In this document: in pieces, positions 10,376-20,688 of the stretch
Layout: each line of letters opens with the position of its first letter
Position numbering within the stretch: the stretch's first letter is position 1
From: a virus
DNA length: 64,000 nucleotides
Direction: 5' to 3' (one strand)
Virus record (IMG/VR): IMGVR_UViG_3300031772_000009
Coordinates: 1-64,000 of that record
Translations under genes and position numbers: made by a program
The notes under the pieces: generated by a model
Database searches by the model: none
What the model was told of the DNA's origin: nothing
The model's input: the letters and a program-made list of their open reading frames with translations, nothing else

Positions 10376-11460
10376 GGGACTACATAATGGAAAGTGAGAA
10401 AGAGAAATATCGCCAAGCCTTTCAAAACTTCATTGGTAAGCAAGAAATAAATGATTTGATTTTTCCGAGAATATATTGGTTTGACGATGCGTTGTTAGAC
10501 CAATATGAAGTTGGTTTTCCAATACTCAAAAAATACAATTTAAAACATGGAGTAATTCTAGCAGTTCCAACCAGATATGTGGGCAAAACTTTTCCGTGGA
10601 CAGACCCATATGTAGATTTGCCAATGATGAATATTAGTCAAATAAAAGAAATGATGGAGTATGGTGTTTTAATTGCAAGTCACACTGTCACACATTCATG
10701 TTTTAAAGGCATGACTAAAGAAAGATTGGTTTGGGAATTAACTGAAAGCAAAAAATGGATAGAAACAAATTTGGGAGTCACTCCTAAAATTCTTGTTGTT
10801 CCCTTCAATGATTATTCTCAAGAACAAAAAGACATTATTCTTGAACATTATTCACATGTTAGACCATCCACAATCCCATCCATATCTGGTTATTACAACC
10901 TTCACCATAACTTTAGAGACGATAAAGAAAAGAAGTTGTCAAAAAGGTGGGGAAAAGAATTTTTTAAACTGTTAACTCCAGCTTTTGAAGACAAGATAAA
11001 AATGGAACGTTCAGTACGATTTTCATTGGGATTTTATGATTTGAAAACTGAGTTTGACAAGACCAAAATCAAGATTCCAGAAATCTCTCTTCCAGAAGGA
11101 TATAGAGTTTGTTTTGCTATTCCAGATAAGGATGGGAAACTTTGCGAGAAAGACAAACAAATATGGCATTCACTACATAGTAACGAAATGTTCGTCAAGA
11201 TTGTTCATCCAGAAAACGCCGAAGGAGTAATATTTGCTTATTATAAAGATGAGCCGATTGGATGTTTCGTTGTAAACACTTATGGAGACACAGTTGAATT
11301 TGAACATGCTATAGTAGTTGAATTTCATAGAAGGAAGGGAATATACAAAGCAATGATGGTTCTTGGTCTCCATTATGCTGTGCAAAAGCAAGAAATTAAA
11401 TGGATAATAGCGATTCCACTTCAAACGTTAGAATCTTTTTGGGACAAAGTAAGAGGATGA
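10372..11460 (+). CDS. polysaccharide deacetylase fused to GNAT domain
   Basis: FDD, ASHTVTH (NodB); C-terminal V..FHRRKGIY. Confidence 0.8.
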   Translation: MRDYIMESEKEKYRQAFQNFIGKQEINDLIFPRIYWFDDALLDQYEVGFPILKKYNLKHGVILAVPTRYVGKTFPWTDPYVDLPMMNISQIKEMMEYGVLIASHTVTHSCFKGMTKERLVWELTESKKWIETNLGVTPKILVVPFNDYSQEQKDIILEHYSHVRPSTIPSISGYYNLHHNFRDDKEKKLSKRWGKEFFKLLTPAFEDKIKMERSVRFSLGFYDLKTEFDKTKIKIPEISLPEGYRVCFAIPDKDGKLCEKDKQIWHSLHSNEMFVKIVHPENAEGVIFAYYKDEPIGCFVVNTYGDTVEFEHAIVVEFHRRKGIYKAMMVLGLHYAVQKQEIKWIIAIPLQTLESFWDKVRG

Positions 11461-11464
11461 AAAA

Positions 11465-12403
11465 ATGAAAATTGTTTGGTTGGGAACTTTCAGAGAATGT
11501 CCATCTTGGAGATATTTCAGAAGAGACTTGAAAAATTACGTGGAACTAAAATGTTATGGAGAATCTCCTAACCCAAACCGTCTAAATGAAATGGGTGGGG
11601 ACACTTCTCATTTTTATAAAACGAACATAAATGACTGGATTGAAGGTTACGATGTTAAGGAAATAGAAAGGTTAGAGAATCCAGATTGGATATTTATCTG
11701 TGCTTACAGTAGTAAAATGAATTACTTAAACTTGGATAAAGTGCAAACTCCAAAAGCCATTTGGATAGGCGACCCGATTCAAGACAAAGTTAGAATTTTT
11801 CCAAAAATAAAGGAATGGAAAATAGATAAAGTGTTCTGTCATTATTGGACGGGAACAATTGAACCTTACATGGAAGAATATAAAGCCGATTATTATCATC
11901 TTCCACACTCAGTTGATACTAAAGTTTTCTATCCTACTGGGAAAGAAAGGTCTTTAGATTTGGCTTTTGCTGGATGTATTAACTCCTATTGGTATCCTCT
12001 TCGAGACAAATACATTAGACACTTAAATAATCTACGGAAACATAAAATACAAATCAGTGAACATTTTGGCACTATAGAAGAATACGTTGATTTGATAAAT
12101 CGAGCAAGATTCTTTCTTGCAGATGGTGGACTATATAGATATGCCGTTTGTAAATATTTTGAAATCATGGCTTGTCAAACCGTACCTATCGGTGCAGAAC
12201 CACTAGATGCAGACATTCTTCACATTAAATCAAATTTCAATCTAGCTCCCATGCGGGGAGACCATATCATTGAAGATTTTATTTATTGGATTGAAAACGA
12301 GAAAGAACGTGAATCTTTGGCTAAAGCGGCATATGAGACAGTCATGAAATATCACACTAACAAAATAAGAATAAAACAACTTTTGGAAATGTTGAAGAAA
12401 TGA
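11465..12403 (+). CDS. glycosyltransferase (CgeB-like)
   Basis: LPHSVD, YPLR, KYFEIMAC, HT..RI. Confidence 0.8.
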   Translation: MKIVWLGTFRECPSWRYFRRDLKNYVELKCYGESPNPNRLNEMGGDTSHFYKTNINDWIEGYDVKEIERLENPDWIFICAYSSKMNYLNLDKVQTPKAIWIGDPIQDKVRIFPKIKEWKIDKVFCHYWTGTIEPYMEEYKADYYHLPHSVDTKVFYPTGKERSLDLAFAGCINSYWYPLRDKYIRHLNNLRKHKIQISEHFGTIEEYVDLINRARFFLADGGLYRYAVCKYFEIMACQTVPIGAEPLDADILHIKSNFNLAPMRGDHIIEDFIYWIENEKERESLAKAAYETVMKYHTNKIRIKQLLEMLKK

Positions 12404-12404
12404 G

Positions 12405-12420
12405 GAAACCTTTATTAGTC
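12405..12420 (+). promoter_or_regulatory. archaeal BRE-TATA promoter, GAAACC class
   Basis: gaaacctttattagtc, identical at 57002. Confidence 0.65.
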
Positions 12421-12452
12421 TCTTTGAGGTCTTTATCTAAAGAGGTTATAAA

Positions 12453-13364
12453 ATGAAGATATTGGTAACTGGTGGTTCGGGATTCATAGGAAGCCACTTA
12501 GTAGATTTGCTTTTAGATAAAGGTTATCAAGTTAGTGTTGTAGATGGACATCCAGTGAAAAACAAAAATGCTGAATGGATTGATGGAGATTTGAGATGGA
12601 TAGGCGACTGTGACAAATCCGTAGAAGGAAAAGACGTAGTATTCCATCTAGCCGCTAGAATCAGCATTGACGAATCAATTGACCGTGTTTGGCACTATTT
12701 CAATGATAACTATCTGTCAACCATAAATATTTGTATGTCTTGTAAGAAATTCAACGTAAAACGTTTAGTTGACATTTCCTCTTGTGAAGTATATGGCAAT
12801 GTTCCTAAAGGCAAAGCAGACGAATCTAACCCTTGCAACCCAACATCGCCTTACGCCGCAAGCAAATATGCGGCTGAACGTAGTGCAATAGCATTTTGCA
12901 GTTCATTCAACATTCCAATAACTGTTATCCGTCCATTCAACGTCTTCGGAGAAAGACAAAAAGCTTTCCGTGGCGGTTCAGTGATTCCCACATTCATACA
13001 ATTAGCGTTACATGACAAACCTTTAATCATACATGGTGACGGCAACCAAATCAGAGACTATCTATATGTTAAAGACACTGTTGGTTTGTTATCACTTACG
13101 TTAGAAAGAGAGTTGGGAAACACTGAGATTCTAAACGTTGCTTCTGGAGATGGACGAACAATAAAAGACATAGCAGAAAAAATCATTGAATATACGAAAA
13201 GCAATTCTAAACTTGAATTCATTGATGACCCCAGAGGAAAAGCACAAATGTTGAGGAGTGTTGGAAATTCAGACAGAGCTAGGACGTTGTTAGGATGGAG
13301 ACCCATTTATGACTTTGATTCGGCTCTGAAAAAAACAATTGAGTTCTATAAAAAAACCGAGTGA
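12453..13364 (+). CDS. NAD-dependent nucleotide-sugar epimerase/dehydratase
   Basis: VTGGSGFIG, YAASK, RPFNVFG, GDGNQIRDY. Confidence 0.95.
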   Translation: MKILVTGGSGFIGSHLVDLLLDKGYQVSVVDGHPVKNKNAEWIDGDLRWIGDCDKSVEGKDVVFHLAARISIDESIDRVWHYFNDNYLSTINICMSCKKFNVKRLVDISSCEVYGNVPKGKADESNPCNPTSPYAASKYAAERSAIAFCSSFNIPITVIRPFNVFGERQKAFRGGSVIPTFIQLALHDKPLIIHGDGNQIRDYLYVKDTVGLLSLTLERELGNTEILNVASGDGRTIKDIAEKIIEYTKSNSKLEFIDDPRGKAQMLRSVGNSDRARTLLGWRPIYDFDSALKKTIEFYKKTE

Positions 13365-13368
13365 TAAG

Positions 13369-13557
13369 ATGGAAAAACCCAAAGTTTGCAAAGCTAAAAA
13401 TTGTATGCATTGTCGTTATTGTGGAAAAACCATAGTTTGGCAAAAGGGATGCCGAAATTCTTTAAAAGACATGGTTCGTGGAAATATATTCATGGAATTA
13501 TGTATGGATTGCATGAAAAAAATTGCCAAGTATTGGTTGGAATTACATGGAATCTAA
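13369..13557 (+). CDS. small zinc-finger protein
   Basis: CxxC pairs. Confidence 0.55.
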   Translation: MEKPKVCKAKNCMHCRYCGKTIVWQKGCRNSLKDMVRGNIFMELCMDCMKKIAKYWLELHGI

Positions 13558-13915
13558 AGATAAAAGAATGGAACTTAGACTGTGTAAGGGACCGAAAGAC
13601 CCCAACTTGTATTCTTGTAGACATGAATGGGGAGAAGTGAAAGAGGAAGGAGCAAAGGACAATCAGACTTACGCTAAATGTAAACATTGTGGTTTAGTCT
13701 GTCCAATTCCTAAAGGCGGAGAATACCCACCAGAATGTATAGAACATAGATTAAACAAAGTTCCCGAAATAACTAAAAAGAAAGATAATAGATGTCCTAA
13801 ATGCGGTCTTCTACCAGATTTATGCATGTGTGAACACGAAGATAAACTGAAACTGGTAAACGCTAAAGACTTTAATGACCCAAGAAGTGAAGGGTGTGGA
13901 GAGTGTGAAAAGTAA
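13547..13915 (+). CDS. Cys-rich hypothetical protein
   Basis: CxxC motifs, CPKCGLLPDLCMC. Confidence 0.6.
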   Translation: MESKDKRMELRLCKGPKDPNLYSCRHEWGEVKEEGAKDNQTYAKCKHCGLVCPIPKGGEYPPECIEHRLNKVPEITKKKDNRCPKCGLLPDLCMCEHEDKLKLVNAKDFNDPRSEGCGECEK

Positions 13916-14196
13916 TGCCATATATTAAAAAAGCTTTAAGAGAACCAATAGATGAAAAATTAGACCTGTTAATAGGACGACTGAATGAAATGCTTACCTA
14001 TATAGATGGGAAAGACTTAGCCGCATGTCTAACTTACATAGTTTTCAAACTCATTCGTAGATACTATGAAAATGGTAAATGGTATGACAAGATGGACGCT
14101 GAGAAAGTTTGTGCATCAGCAATAGACGAATTCAAAAGACGATTCCTTCATCCATATGAAGAGATGAAAATTGCAGAAAATGGAGATGTTTATTAA
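13915..14196 (+). CDS. conserved viral protein (DUF6899-like)
   Basis: MPYIK...EFKRR..PYE.KI.ENGDV. Confidence 0.7.
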   Translation: MPYIKKALREPIDEKLDLLIGRLNEMLTYIDGKDLAACLTYIVFKLIRRYYENGKWYDKMDAEKVCASAIDEFKRRFLHPYEEMKIAENGDVY

Positions 14197-14414
14197 TGCC
14201 AAGAGGAAATGTAGACATGTCTGAGAAAACAAAAAGACATAAGGTATCTGGACATGGAAGTGTCTCTAAGGCTGGAAAAGTTAGGAATCAAACTCCCAAA
14301 GTTCCTAAAAGTGTAAGTCATTCTAAACGTAGTTGCCCCCGCCTCAAGAACAAAAAGAAATATTATAACCGAATGATTCTAAAGCGAAAGTGTGGTCAAA
14401 ACTGGGTGAAATGA
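14196..14414 (+). CDS. rps30e: 30S ribosomal protein eS30
   Basis: HGSVSKAGKVRNQTPK...PR..N..Y..R...GQNW signature. Confidence 0.9.
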   Translation: MPRGNVDMSEKTKRHKVSGHGSVSKAGKVRNQTPKVPKSVSHSKRSCPRLKNKKKYYNRMILKRKCGQNWVK

Positions 14415-14415
14415 T

Positions 14416-14847
14416 ATGTTCAAGATGTATTATGCATCAGCAGTAGATTGTAGTGTAGATTATGGTAAAGCTCAATTAAGACTTTTTAAGGAGTTATTCA
14501 AGAAGTATCCACAGATAGAAGTATGTGGTGCTGGAATAGGAGAATCACCAATAATAAGTCTTGACAGTAGCAAGACTCTGAAAAAGACTATAGTGGCTTA
14601 TGACCTAAGAAAACTTAGAGAATGTGATATACTATTAGTGGTTACGGATTTAGAAACTTATTGTGCTGGAACACACATGGAACTTGAATATGCTAGAAAC
14701 TTGGGACTATTGACTATAGTATTATGCGTTCATAAAAATGGCACTTGTAAATACGGTCTCAAGAATATTTTCATAGAAACGTTAGCAGATAAGGTAATCC
14801 ATTCTATCGAAGAATTAGAAGAAATACTTGAGGAGATAACGAAATAA
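14416..14847 (+). CDS. nucleoside 2-deoxyribosyltransferase-like protein
   Basis: DLRKLRECD..GTHMELEYA. Confidence 0.8.
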   Translation: MFKMYYASAVDCSVDYGKAQLRLFKELFKKYPQIEVCGAGIGESPIISLDSSKTLKKTIVAYDLRKLRECDILLVVTDLETYCAGTHMELEYARNLGLLTIVLCVHKNGTCKYGLKNIFIETLADKVIHSIEELEEILEEITK

Positions 14848-15296
14848 TGCGGAAAAAAGAAACTTGCCGAATAAAGGATGTAGATATACAGACTGGAACA
14901 TTAAGAGAAGGAATCCATGATTATACAATTAAAGATAGTGGAAAAAGAACCGAATTCAAGACTGGAGCAGTAAGAGATTTGCAGACTGGAAAGGGACGTT
15001 TCGACCTAGTTCCACCAGCAACTTTGAGAGCCTTGGCAATCCATTATGAGAAGGGTTGTCTGAAGTATGGAGACCGTAACTGGGAACTCGGAATATCAAT
15101 TCATACTTTTCTCAATTCGGCTGAAAGACATTTGCTTCAAGTGATTGATGGACGAGACGATGAGAACCACTTGGTAGCTTCAATATGGAATCTTTTTTGT
15201 GCCTACGAAACAATATTGAGGATTCAAGAAGGAAGGTTGCCGAAGGAACTTTATGATTTGCCACGGAAGATTCGGCTTCCCAACCCATACGAATAA
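14847..15296 (+). CDS. dATP/dGTP diphosphohydrolase domain protein (DUF5664-like)
   Basis: GAVRD..GKGRFDL, G..KYGDRNWE.G, RH, HL. Confidence 0.88.
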   Translation: MRKKETCRIKDVDIQTGTLREGIHDYTIKDSGKRTEFKTGAVRDLQTGKGRFDLVPPATLRALAIHYEKGCLKYGDRNWELGISIHTFLNSAERHLLQVIDGRDDENHLVASIWNLFCAYETILRIQEGRLPKELYDLPRKIRLPNPYE

Positions 15297-15300
15297 ACAG

Positions 15301-15320
15301 AAGCCTTATAACCCACATCT
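15301..15320 (+). promoter_or_regulatory. late-type promoter of structural genes
   Basis: aagccttataac..catct, repeated at 17929. Confidence 0.6.
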
Positions 15321-15342
15321 TCTATATAGAATATTATAATAA

Positions 15343-17607
15343 GTGACCATTATGGACGAAAGTAGAAGAGAAAAAGGTAGAAAAGCAATAGAAAATAGAA
15401 GAATACGTGATGAAAACCGAGTAGACGCTCAAGTAAAATTTGTTGATGACTTTCAAAAGTTTATAGAGACCCAGAAAAAGAAGACTGGAATACCAGAAGA
15501 GGAACTCATAAACGAAGTCTTGTCAACCCATGTTTCAATGGTGGAGTTTGACGAGACAACTGGAAAGGCAAGCCTAGTTTTTGACGCTTGGAAAGGCGTG
15601 GTGGTTGGAGAAGAAACAAAAGTTAGCCAAGCCACTCTGAAAGACTTTCGTGACTTGAGAGAAAACTTTGCTCCAGTAAGTGCTGGAATAGAATGGCATA
15701 GAGACTTCACATCGGGTGGCGGATTTCTTGTTCAGATAGACGACCCAACAGACAAGAACCAAAATACTATGCGAGAAGAAATCAATCTGCTTAACCGAAA
15801 CGTTTATCAAGACCAATACGTGAAGGGACTCGACAACATTCTCGACATAGAAATAGATATTGCTTTGACTGACGGCTGTGCGGCGGCTGAAATAGTCTAT
15901 ACTAAAGAAGTCGCATTTGAAGATTATATAGACGAAATAGAAGAAGTAATGTTGGATGATGGGAAGAAAGTAAAAGTTTTAAAGCCTAAAGAAATGACGA
16001 GTGAATTATGGAAAGACCTCGGCGGAATTACCAGACTAAAAATCATTGAGGATTCATACACCCGTCTAGTTCCGTATCGCCATCCGAAAAGTGGGGAAAT
16101 ACTTTATTGGACTCTGGATGAGAAAGGTGGAAAGGACAATCAAGGTTTATCATATGAAGACATTGTGAGTAAGGAAAAGAAAGCCAATAAACCAATCATA
16201 AAGTTTCATCCTTGGGAAATCCTTTGGTTGTCATGGAATCAACGTGGAACAAACCTTAAAGGCATGAGCATGATTCAATCAGTCTACAAGATTGCCAAGA
16301 TGGTGCAAGAAATACAGACTTCAGTTGGAAAAGGTTTCAACAGATGGGCTAACAAGAAATACTTCTTCGTGTGTGGAAGTGAACGGAGACAATGGAACAA
16401 AGTTTACAGAACCGAATTCTTGAAAGCAATGGAGAAAATGATAAAGAACAACTGGGTTGGAATTCCAGTTCCAGCAGAATTCGAAATTAAAGAGATTGGT
16501 GGAGAACAATCAGTCTTTGATGGAAAGAATATATTAGACCACTTGATTGGAATGATTGCGGCTGGAATGCAGTATCCAAGAGAGTTCCTTGAGGTTGGAC
16601 GTACACAAGCAAGCGACAAGGCTTGGTTGGCATGGACAGTCCGTTATGGACGAAGCCAATTACAGATACGCCGAGCAATAGAACATCAACTTTGGGAGAG
16701 ACATTTATGGTGCAAGTTCGGAATGACTAAAAAGAAAAGCGTGAAGGGAGTCGAAAAAGAAAAGCAAGAAGACATTCCAATTTACGTTCCGAAACTTCAA
16801 TGGAAAGCGGAAGGTCAATGGTTGAAGGACGCAAAGATAAAGTTGCTTACTGGACTGTTGAATGTGGCTAACCCGATAGATTACCCGTTGAAGATGCCCG
16901 TCCAGAAGGAAATGGGAGCAACGATTGGCATTGGAGAAATAGACTGGAAAGACATAGAGGATTTGTTTGATACTCAAAACAAGATTAAGATTGCAAATGC
17001 AAAAATGGAACAGATGAAAGCGGAAGCGAAACTTGGCGAAATGGAAAAGATGAGTCAAGAAGAACTGATAAAGTTAGTTACGCCAGCACCAACTACTCCA
17101 CAGCCACAGACTTCAGAAGAGAAACTTCAAGAGCAAGAGAGGAAACGTACTGAAGCTGGAGTTTCAAGAACAACTAAAGAGACTGGAACACAGACAAAGA
17201 AGGGACAAGCTAAAGAGATGGGTGGAACAAGATTGGCTGAAACAGTTGAACAGTTAGAATTGCCACAAGACATACTTGACGGAATCAAGAAACTTGTGAA
17301 TGCTAGGTTACGTAAACAAGAAATGGAAAATGAGACAAGTGAAATAGTATTGGAGAACGCTAAAAAGATGAGTGAAGTGGCAAAAGTGGAATCTGAATCC
17401 AGTCAAAAAAAGACAGAGTTGACAGAGTTAGAATTGGAAGCCATAAAAGAGAAAGCAAAAACTGAAAAGGAATTGGCTGAGATGGAAAAAGAAAATACTA
17501 AAAAGAAAAGAGAATTAACAGAAATAGAGTTGGAAGACGCTAAAAAGAAGAGGGAACAACGAAAAGAACTTGATGAGGAAATCAAAAAGGTGAAGAAGAA
17601 ACAATGA
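15343..17607 (+). CDS. portal protein with C-terminal coiled-coil extension
   Basis: size, G.S.I..V motif, portal-like layout, next to structural genes. Confidence 0.65.
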   Translation: MTIMDESRREKGRKAIENRRIRDENRVDAQVKFVDDFQKFIETQKKKTGIPEEELINEVLSTHVSMVEFDETTGKASLVFDAWKGVVVGEETKVSQATLKDFRDLRENFAPVSAGIEWHRDFTSGGGFLVQIDDPTDKNQNTMREEINLLNRNVYQDQYVKGLDNILDIEIDIALTDGCAAAEIVYTKEVAFEDYIDEIEEVMLDDGKKVKVLKPKEMTSELWKDLGGITRLKIIEDSYTRLVPYRHPKSGEILYWTLDEKGGKDNQGLSYEDIVSKEKKANKPIIKFHPWEILWLSWNQRGTNLKGMSMIQSVYKIAKMVQEIQTSVGKGFNRWANKKYFFVCGSERRQWNKVYRTEFLKAMEKMIKNNWVGIPVPAEFEIKEIGGEQSVFDGKNILDHLIGMIAAGMQYPREFLEVGRTQASDKAWLAWTVRYGRSQLQIRRAIEHQLWERHLWCKFGMTKKKSVKGVEKEKQEDIPIYVPKLQWKAEGQWLKDAKIKLLTGLLNVANPIDYPLKMPVQKEMGATIGIGEIDWKDIEDLFDTQNKIKIANAKMEQMKAEAKLGEMEKMSQEELIKLVTPAPTTPQPQTSEEKLQEQERKRTEAGVSRTTKETGTQTKKGQAKEMGGTRLAETVEQLELPQDILDGIKKLVNARLRKQEMENETSEIVLENAKKMSEVAKVESESSQKKTELTELELEAIKEKAKTEKELAEMEKENTKKKRELTEIELEDAKKKREQRKELDEEIKKVKKKQ

Positions 17608-17939
17608 GACAAGAAAAACTATTTCAGTATTTTAAAGACCCACAACTTACACAGCCAATATACAATTTAGAGTTTCCAGAACCAGTGGTGGCTGGACGAG
17701 AAAAGGGAGAATTGACGGTTTACGCCCACAATATTAGTTCAGCAGAACTTTATGATTTAGAGTTCACTCCTAAAGACCCAGACCTCAAAATAGACAAAAG
17801 TAGCGACAAGGTGAACCCTAAAGAAACTATAATACTAAAGTTTACTTTCACTCCAGCAGAAGACAGAAAAGAACCGTTAAACACGGAGTTTACCGTGACT
17901 ACCAAGGGAATCATCAGAGCAAATCCGAAAGCCTTATAA
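17604..17939 (+). CDS. Ig-like domain virion protein
   Basis: beta-rich, V.P.E...L.FTFTP. Confidence 0.55.
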   Translation: MRQEKLFQYFKDPQLTQPIYNLEFPEPVVAGREKGELTVYAHNISSAELYDLEFTPKDPDLKIDKSSDKVNPKETIILKFTFTPAEDRKEPLNTEFTVTTKGIIRANPKAL

Positions 17940-17976
17940 CTCCCATCTCATCTATATAAGTTAAGAAGTTGATAAT

Positions 17977-18534
17977 ATGAACAGAAAAGAATCGTTTGGA
18001 TTTGCAGACTCAATCGAATGGGTACATAAAGACAAAGACGGCAACGTAATCAAGAGATACAATTCTGATACTCGCTGGAATAGATTCTTAAAGAGAGTTC
18101 ACTTGAAAAGACGTAACTGTTTAACCTATGACGGCATGAGAATCGTTGCTGGATTGATGACTGTGGATGTTGGCAATACTGCATTTGACTATATCGGCAT
18201 TGGAACTGGAGCAGTAGCCGCCGATGTATCGGATAGAGCATTAGGAACTCAGAAGTCAAGATTGGGCGGAGCATTATGTACGGGAACTATCGTGAAGACC
18301 GATGCGGGATGCACATTTGATACTATGCAATTAGTTGTGGTATTCTCAAAGGCGAATGACGCTGGATTAACTGGTGCGGTGCAGAACATTACTGAAGTTG
18401 GAGTATTCAACCATACAAGCAATGTGACTGATACGATGCTGTTTAGACAAGTATTTGCGGCTGAAGCCATGAACTGGGATTTACTCGATACTTTAACGAT
18501 GACTTGTAAGATGCAAGTCAAGCAAGGTACATGA
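17977..18534 (+). CDS. virion structural protein (tail/baseplate-associated)
   Basis: YIGIGTG...D.AL, ITEVGVF, LFRQV. Confidence 0.7.
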   Translation: MNRKESFGFADSIEWVHKDKDGNVIKRYNSDTRWNRFLKRVHLKRRNCLTYDGMRIVAGLMTVDVGNTAFDYIGIGTGAVAADVSDRALGTQKSRLGGALCTGTIVKTDAGCTFDTMQLVVVFSKANDAGLTGAVQNITEVGVFNHTSNVTDTMLFRQVFAAEAMNWDLLDTLTMTCKMQVKQGT

Positions 18535-18664
18535 CATTCTAAGGTAATCTAAATATGGTCAATGAAATTAAAGACGAATATACTGGAAAGTTTACAAATT
18601 ATCTAATGGCTATTCTTCTTTTAGTTTCTATAGCCGTTAATAAAATTATAGAGGGTAGAGAATA

Positions 18665-20491
18665 ATGACTAATTGGCTTACTGGTTGGGGATTTAGGAAG
18701 AGCCACATTATTACGGCAAGTGCTGGTGCTGGAACTAACTATCAGACTTGCATCAAAGTCTATAAGACTACGGGGACAGATGGTACTGAAACTGTTAATG
18801 GTGTTACTGCTGGAAAGGTATATGTTGGTTCTAATTGCAGAAACGACTTTGGAGACATTAGATTTACAGATAATGATGGAGATACTTTGCTTGACTGTTG
18901 GATGGAAGAATTATCAAGTGGAGTATATGCCATTTTCTGGGTTGAAGTGGCTGATACTCTTGAATCTAATGCAACCATCTATGTCTATTATAGCAAATCA
19001 GACGCTACTTATCCTTATCTTGCAACTGTCTTAGCTCAAGGAGAAGCTACATTTAGGTTCTTTGATGACTTTCTTGCGGCTAATATAGATTGGACTAACA
19101 AATGGCAATCAACCAAGCAGACAAATTTCTCAATTGAGAGTGGTGCATTGAAGATTGTGATGGGTACTACTGACACAGAGCTAATCAACACAAAGAACTC
19201 TTATGGTGATGGATATGCTTCAAGTGCATTAATTCGTGCGGCTACAAGTGGCAAACGAGTCTTGAATATGAATAATGATATTCCAGCCACTTGGAGAGAT
19301 AAGGATGCTGGAAGAGTGCTTTGGGTAATTGGGAAACTTCAATGTGCATTGAATGGTACACCCAGTGAACTTGTTGAAAGTCAAGACTTAACAAATTACT
19401 ATAAGAGTAAAATATATTGTCCAGCTTCTGGTGATGCTACGGTTACTCTGTTGAAAGCTGGAGTAGTAAAGCTAACAAGAACAGCCGCACCAGCTTACAG
19501 AACCGTCTATGTAAGCTTTAGCACTTGGGATGGTACGGGATATGTGGATGATGTATATGTTAGAAAATATGTTAGTCCAGAACCAGCACATAGCACTTGG
19601 GGAACAGAAGAAGTTCCAGCAGTAGCCCACTCTCTAACAATTACTGAAATAATCGGTTGTGTAGACAGTAAAAGTAGAAACAAAACAATCAATAGAACCT
19701 ATTCGGAACTGTTGGGATTAACAGATAGTAAATCCAGAATCAAATCATATTTTAGAACCATAACTGAATTGTTGGGTTTGAAAGATAGTAAAAGCAGAGT
19801 AAAATCATATTATAGAACCATAACTGAACTACTTGGACTAAAAGATTTAAGTAAAAGTTGGATTCACGGAAAGTTTCTAACTATAATTGAAATTATAGGT
19901 TTGAAAGATAGTAAGTCAAGAGTAAAGAGTATTCATAGAACCATAACGGAAAAACTAGGATTAAAAGAAACTAGAAGTCGAAGTAAAACAATCAGTAGAG
20001 TCATAACTGAACTGATTGGGATGAAGGATGCTGTTACGAAAGTTGCTTGGCATTGGAGTTTACCACCCGTACCACCAGTAATAACTGCCGCCGTTGGCAA
20101 AATCAAACATGTGTTGCTTGACAAGTTTCTGGGTTGGCTTGAGCAACCAGCAGAAGACAACCCTAGAGTACAGTGTGACGTGAAAGTAAGTTGGACTCAG
20201 ACCAACAGAGTTGCTTCCAGCATAAAAGATTTATTCACTGAAACAGTAACTATAAGAGGCAAACTGGCTCACGTCTTCACGGAAACAATGCCTATAACCG
20301 CCGCACTTTTACACGAATTTACTGAAAGTGTCCAGATTAGGGGTTCTATCATTCAAAAGTTTGAGGAGACAGTCCACATAACTGGAGACCTAATGAAAGC
20401 AGTGATTGAGGACGGACTAAAAGTTTTCGGTGAAGTTACTCCGTTATTGGAGAAACTCCGAGAATTGAAACGTAGGATAGAAGAAAATTAG
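18665..20491 (+). CDS. DUF2341 domain virion/tail-fibre-like protein with 20-aa repeats
   Basis: DFGDIRFTD..LL.W..FWV; FFDDF; repeats ITELLGLKDSKSR. Confidence 0.75.
   Translation: MTNWLTGWGFRKSHIITASAGAGTNYQTCIKVYKTTGTDGTETVNGVTAGKVYVGSNCRNDFGDIRFTDNDGDTLLDCWMEELSSGVYAIFWVEVADTLESNATIYVYYSKSDATYPYLATVLAQGEATFRFFDDFLAANIDWTNKWQSTKQTNFSIESGALKIVMGTTDTELINTKNSYGDGYASSALIRAATSGKRVLNMNNDIPATWRDKDAGRVLWVIGKLQCALNGTPSELVESQDLTNYYKSKIYCPASGDATVTLLKAGVVKLTRTAAPAYRTVYVSFSTWDGTGYVDDVYVRKYVSPEPAHSTWGTEEVPAVAHSLTITEIIGCVDSKSRNKTINRTYSELLGLTDSKSRIKSYFRTITELLGLKDSKSRVKSYYRTITELLGLKDLSKSWIHGKFLTIIEIIGLKDSKSRVKSIHRTITEKLGLKETRSRSKTISRVITELIGMKDAVTKVAWHWSLPPVPPVITAAVGKIKHVLLDKFLGWLEQPAEDNPRVQCDVKVSWTQTNRVASSIKDLFTETVTIRGKLAHVFTETMPITAALLHEFTESVQIRGSIIQKFEETVHITGDLMKAVIEDGLKVFGEVTPLLEKLRELKRRIEEN
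19636..20030 (+). repeat. ~60-bp coding tandem repeat (about 7 units)
   Basis: RT(I)TELLGLKDSKSRVKS unit. Confidence 0.85.
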
Positions 20492-20527
20492 CGAAACCCT
20501 TATATTCTTGTTTTCCTATTTTATTCA

Positions 20528-20688
20528 ACGGTATGCGGGACAATTCGAAGTGAATAAGGGTTAATCAATGAAGATGGACTCACGTTCATCCAAGTTGGTT
20601 TCATGCGAGACCACCCTAAAACAGAGTTGAAAGCCATGACGCAAAAGCCATAATGATGGCGTAATGTGCGAGCCTACCTTGCATCCGT
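20528..20688 (+). ncRNA. putative structured ncRNA (~160 nt)
   Basis: TATA at ~20500, paired ends acggtatgcggg/cttgcatccgt, internal hairpins, T-tract. Confidence 0.6.

Noticed and set aside
14847-15296. Z-genome (2-aminoadenine) system
   Set aside because: No purZ in the window; this domain also occurs without it.
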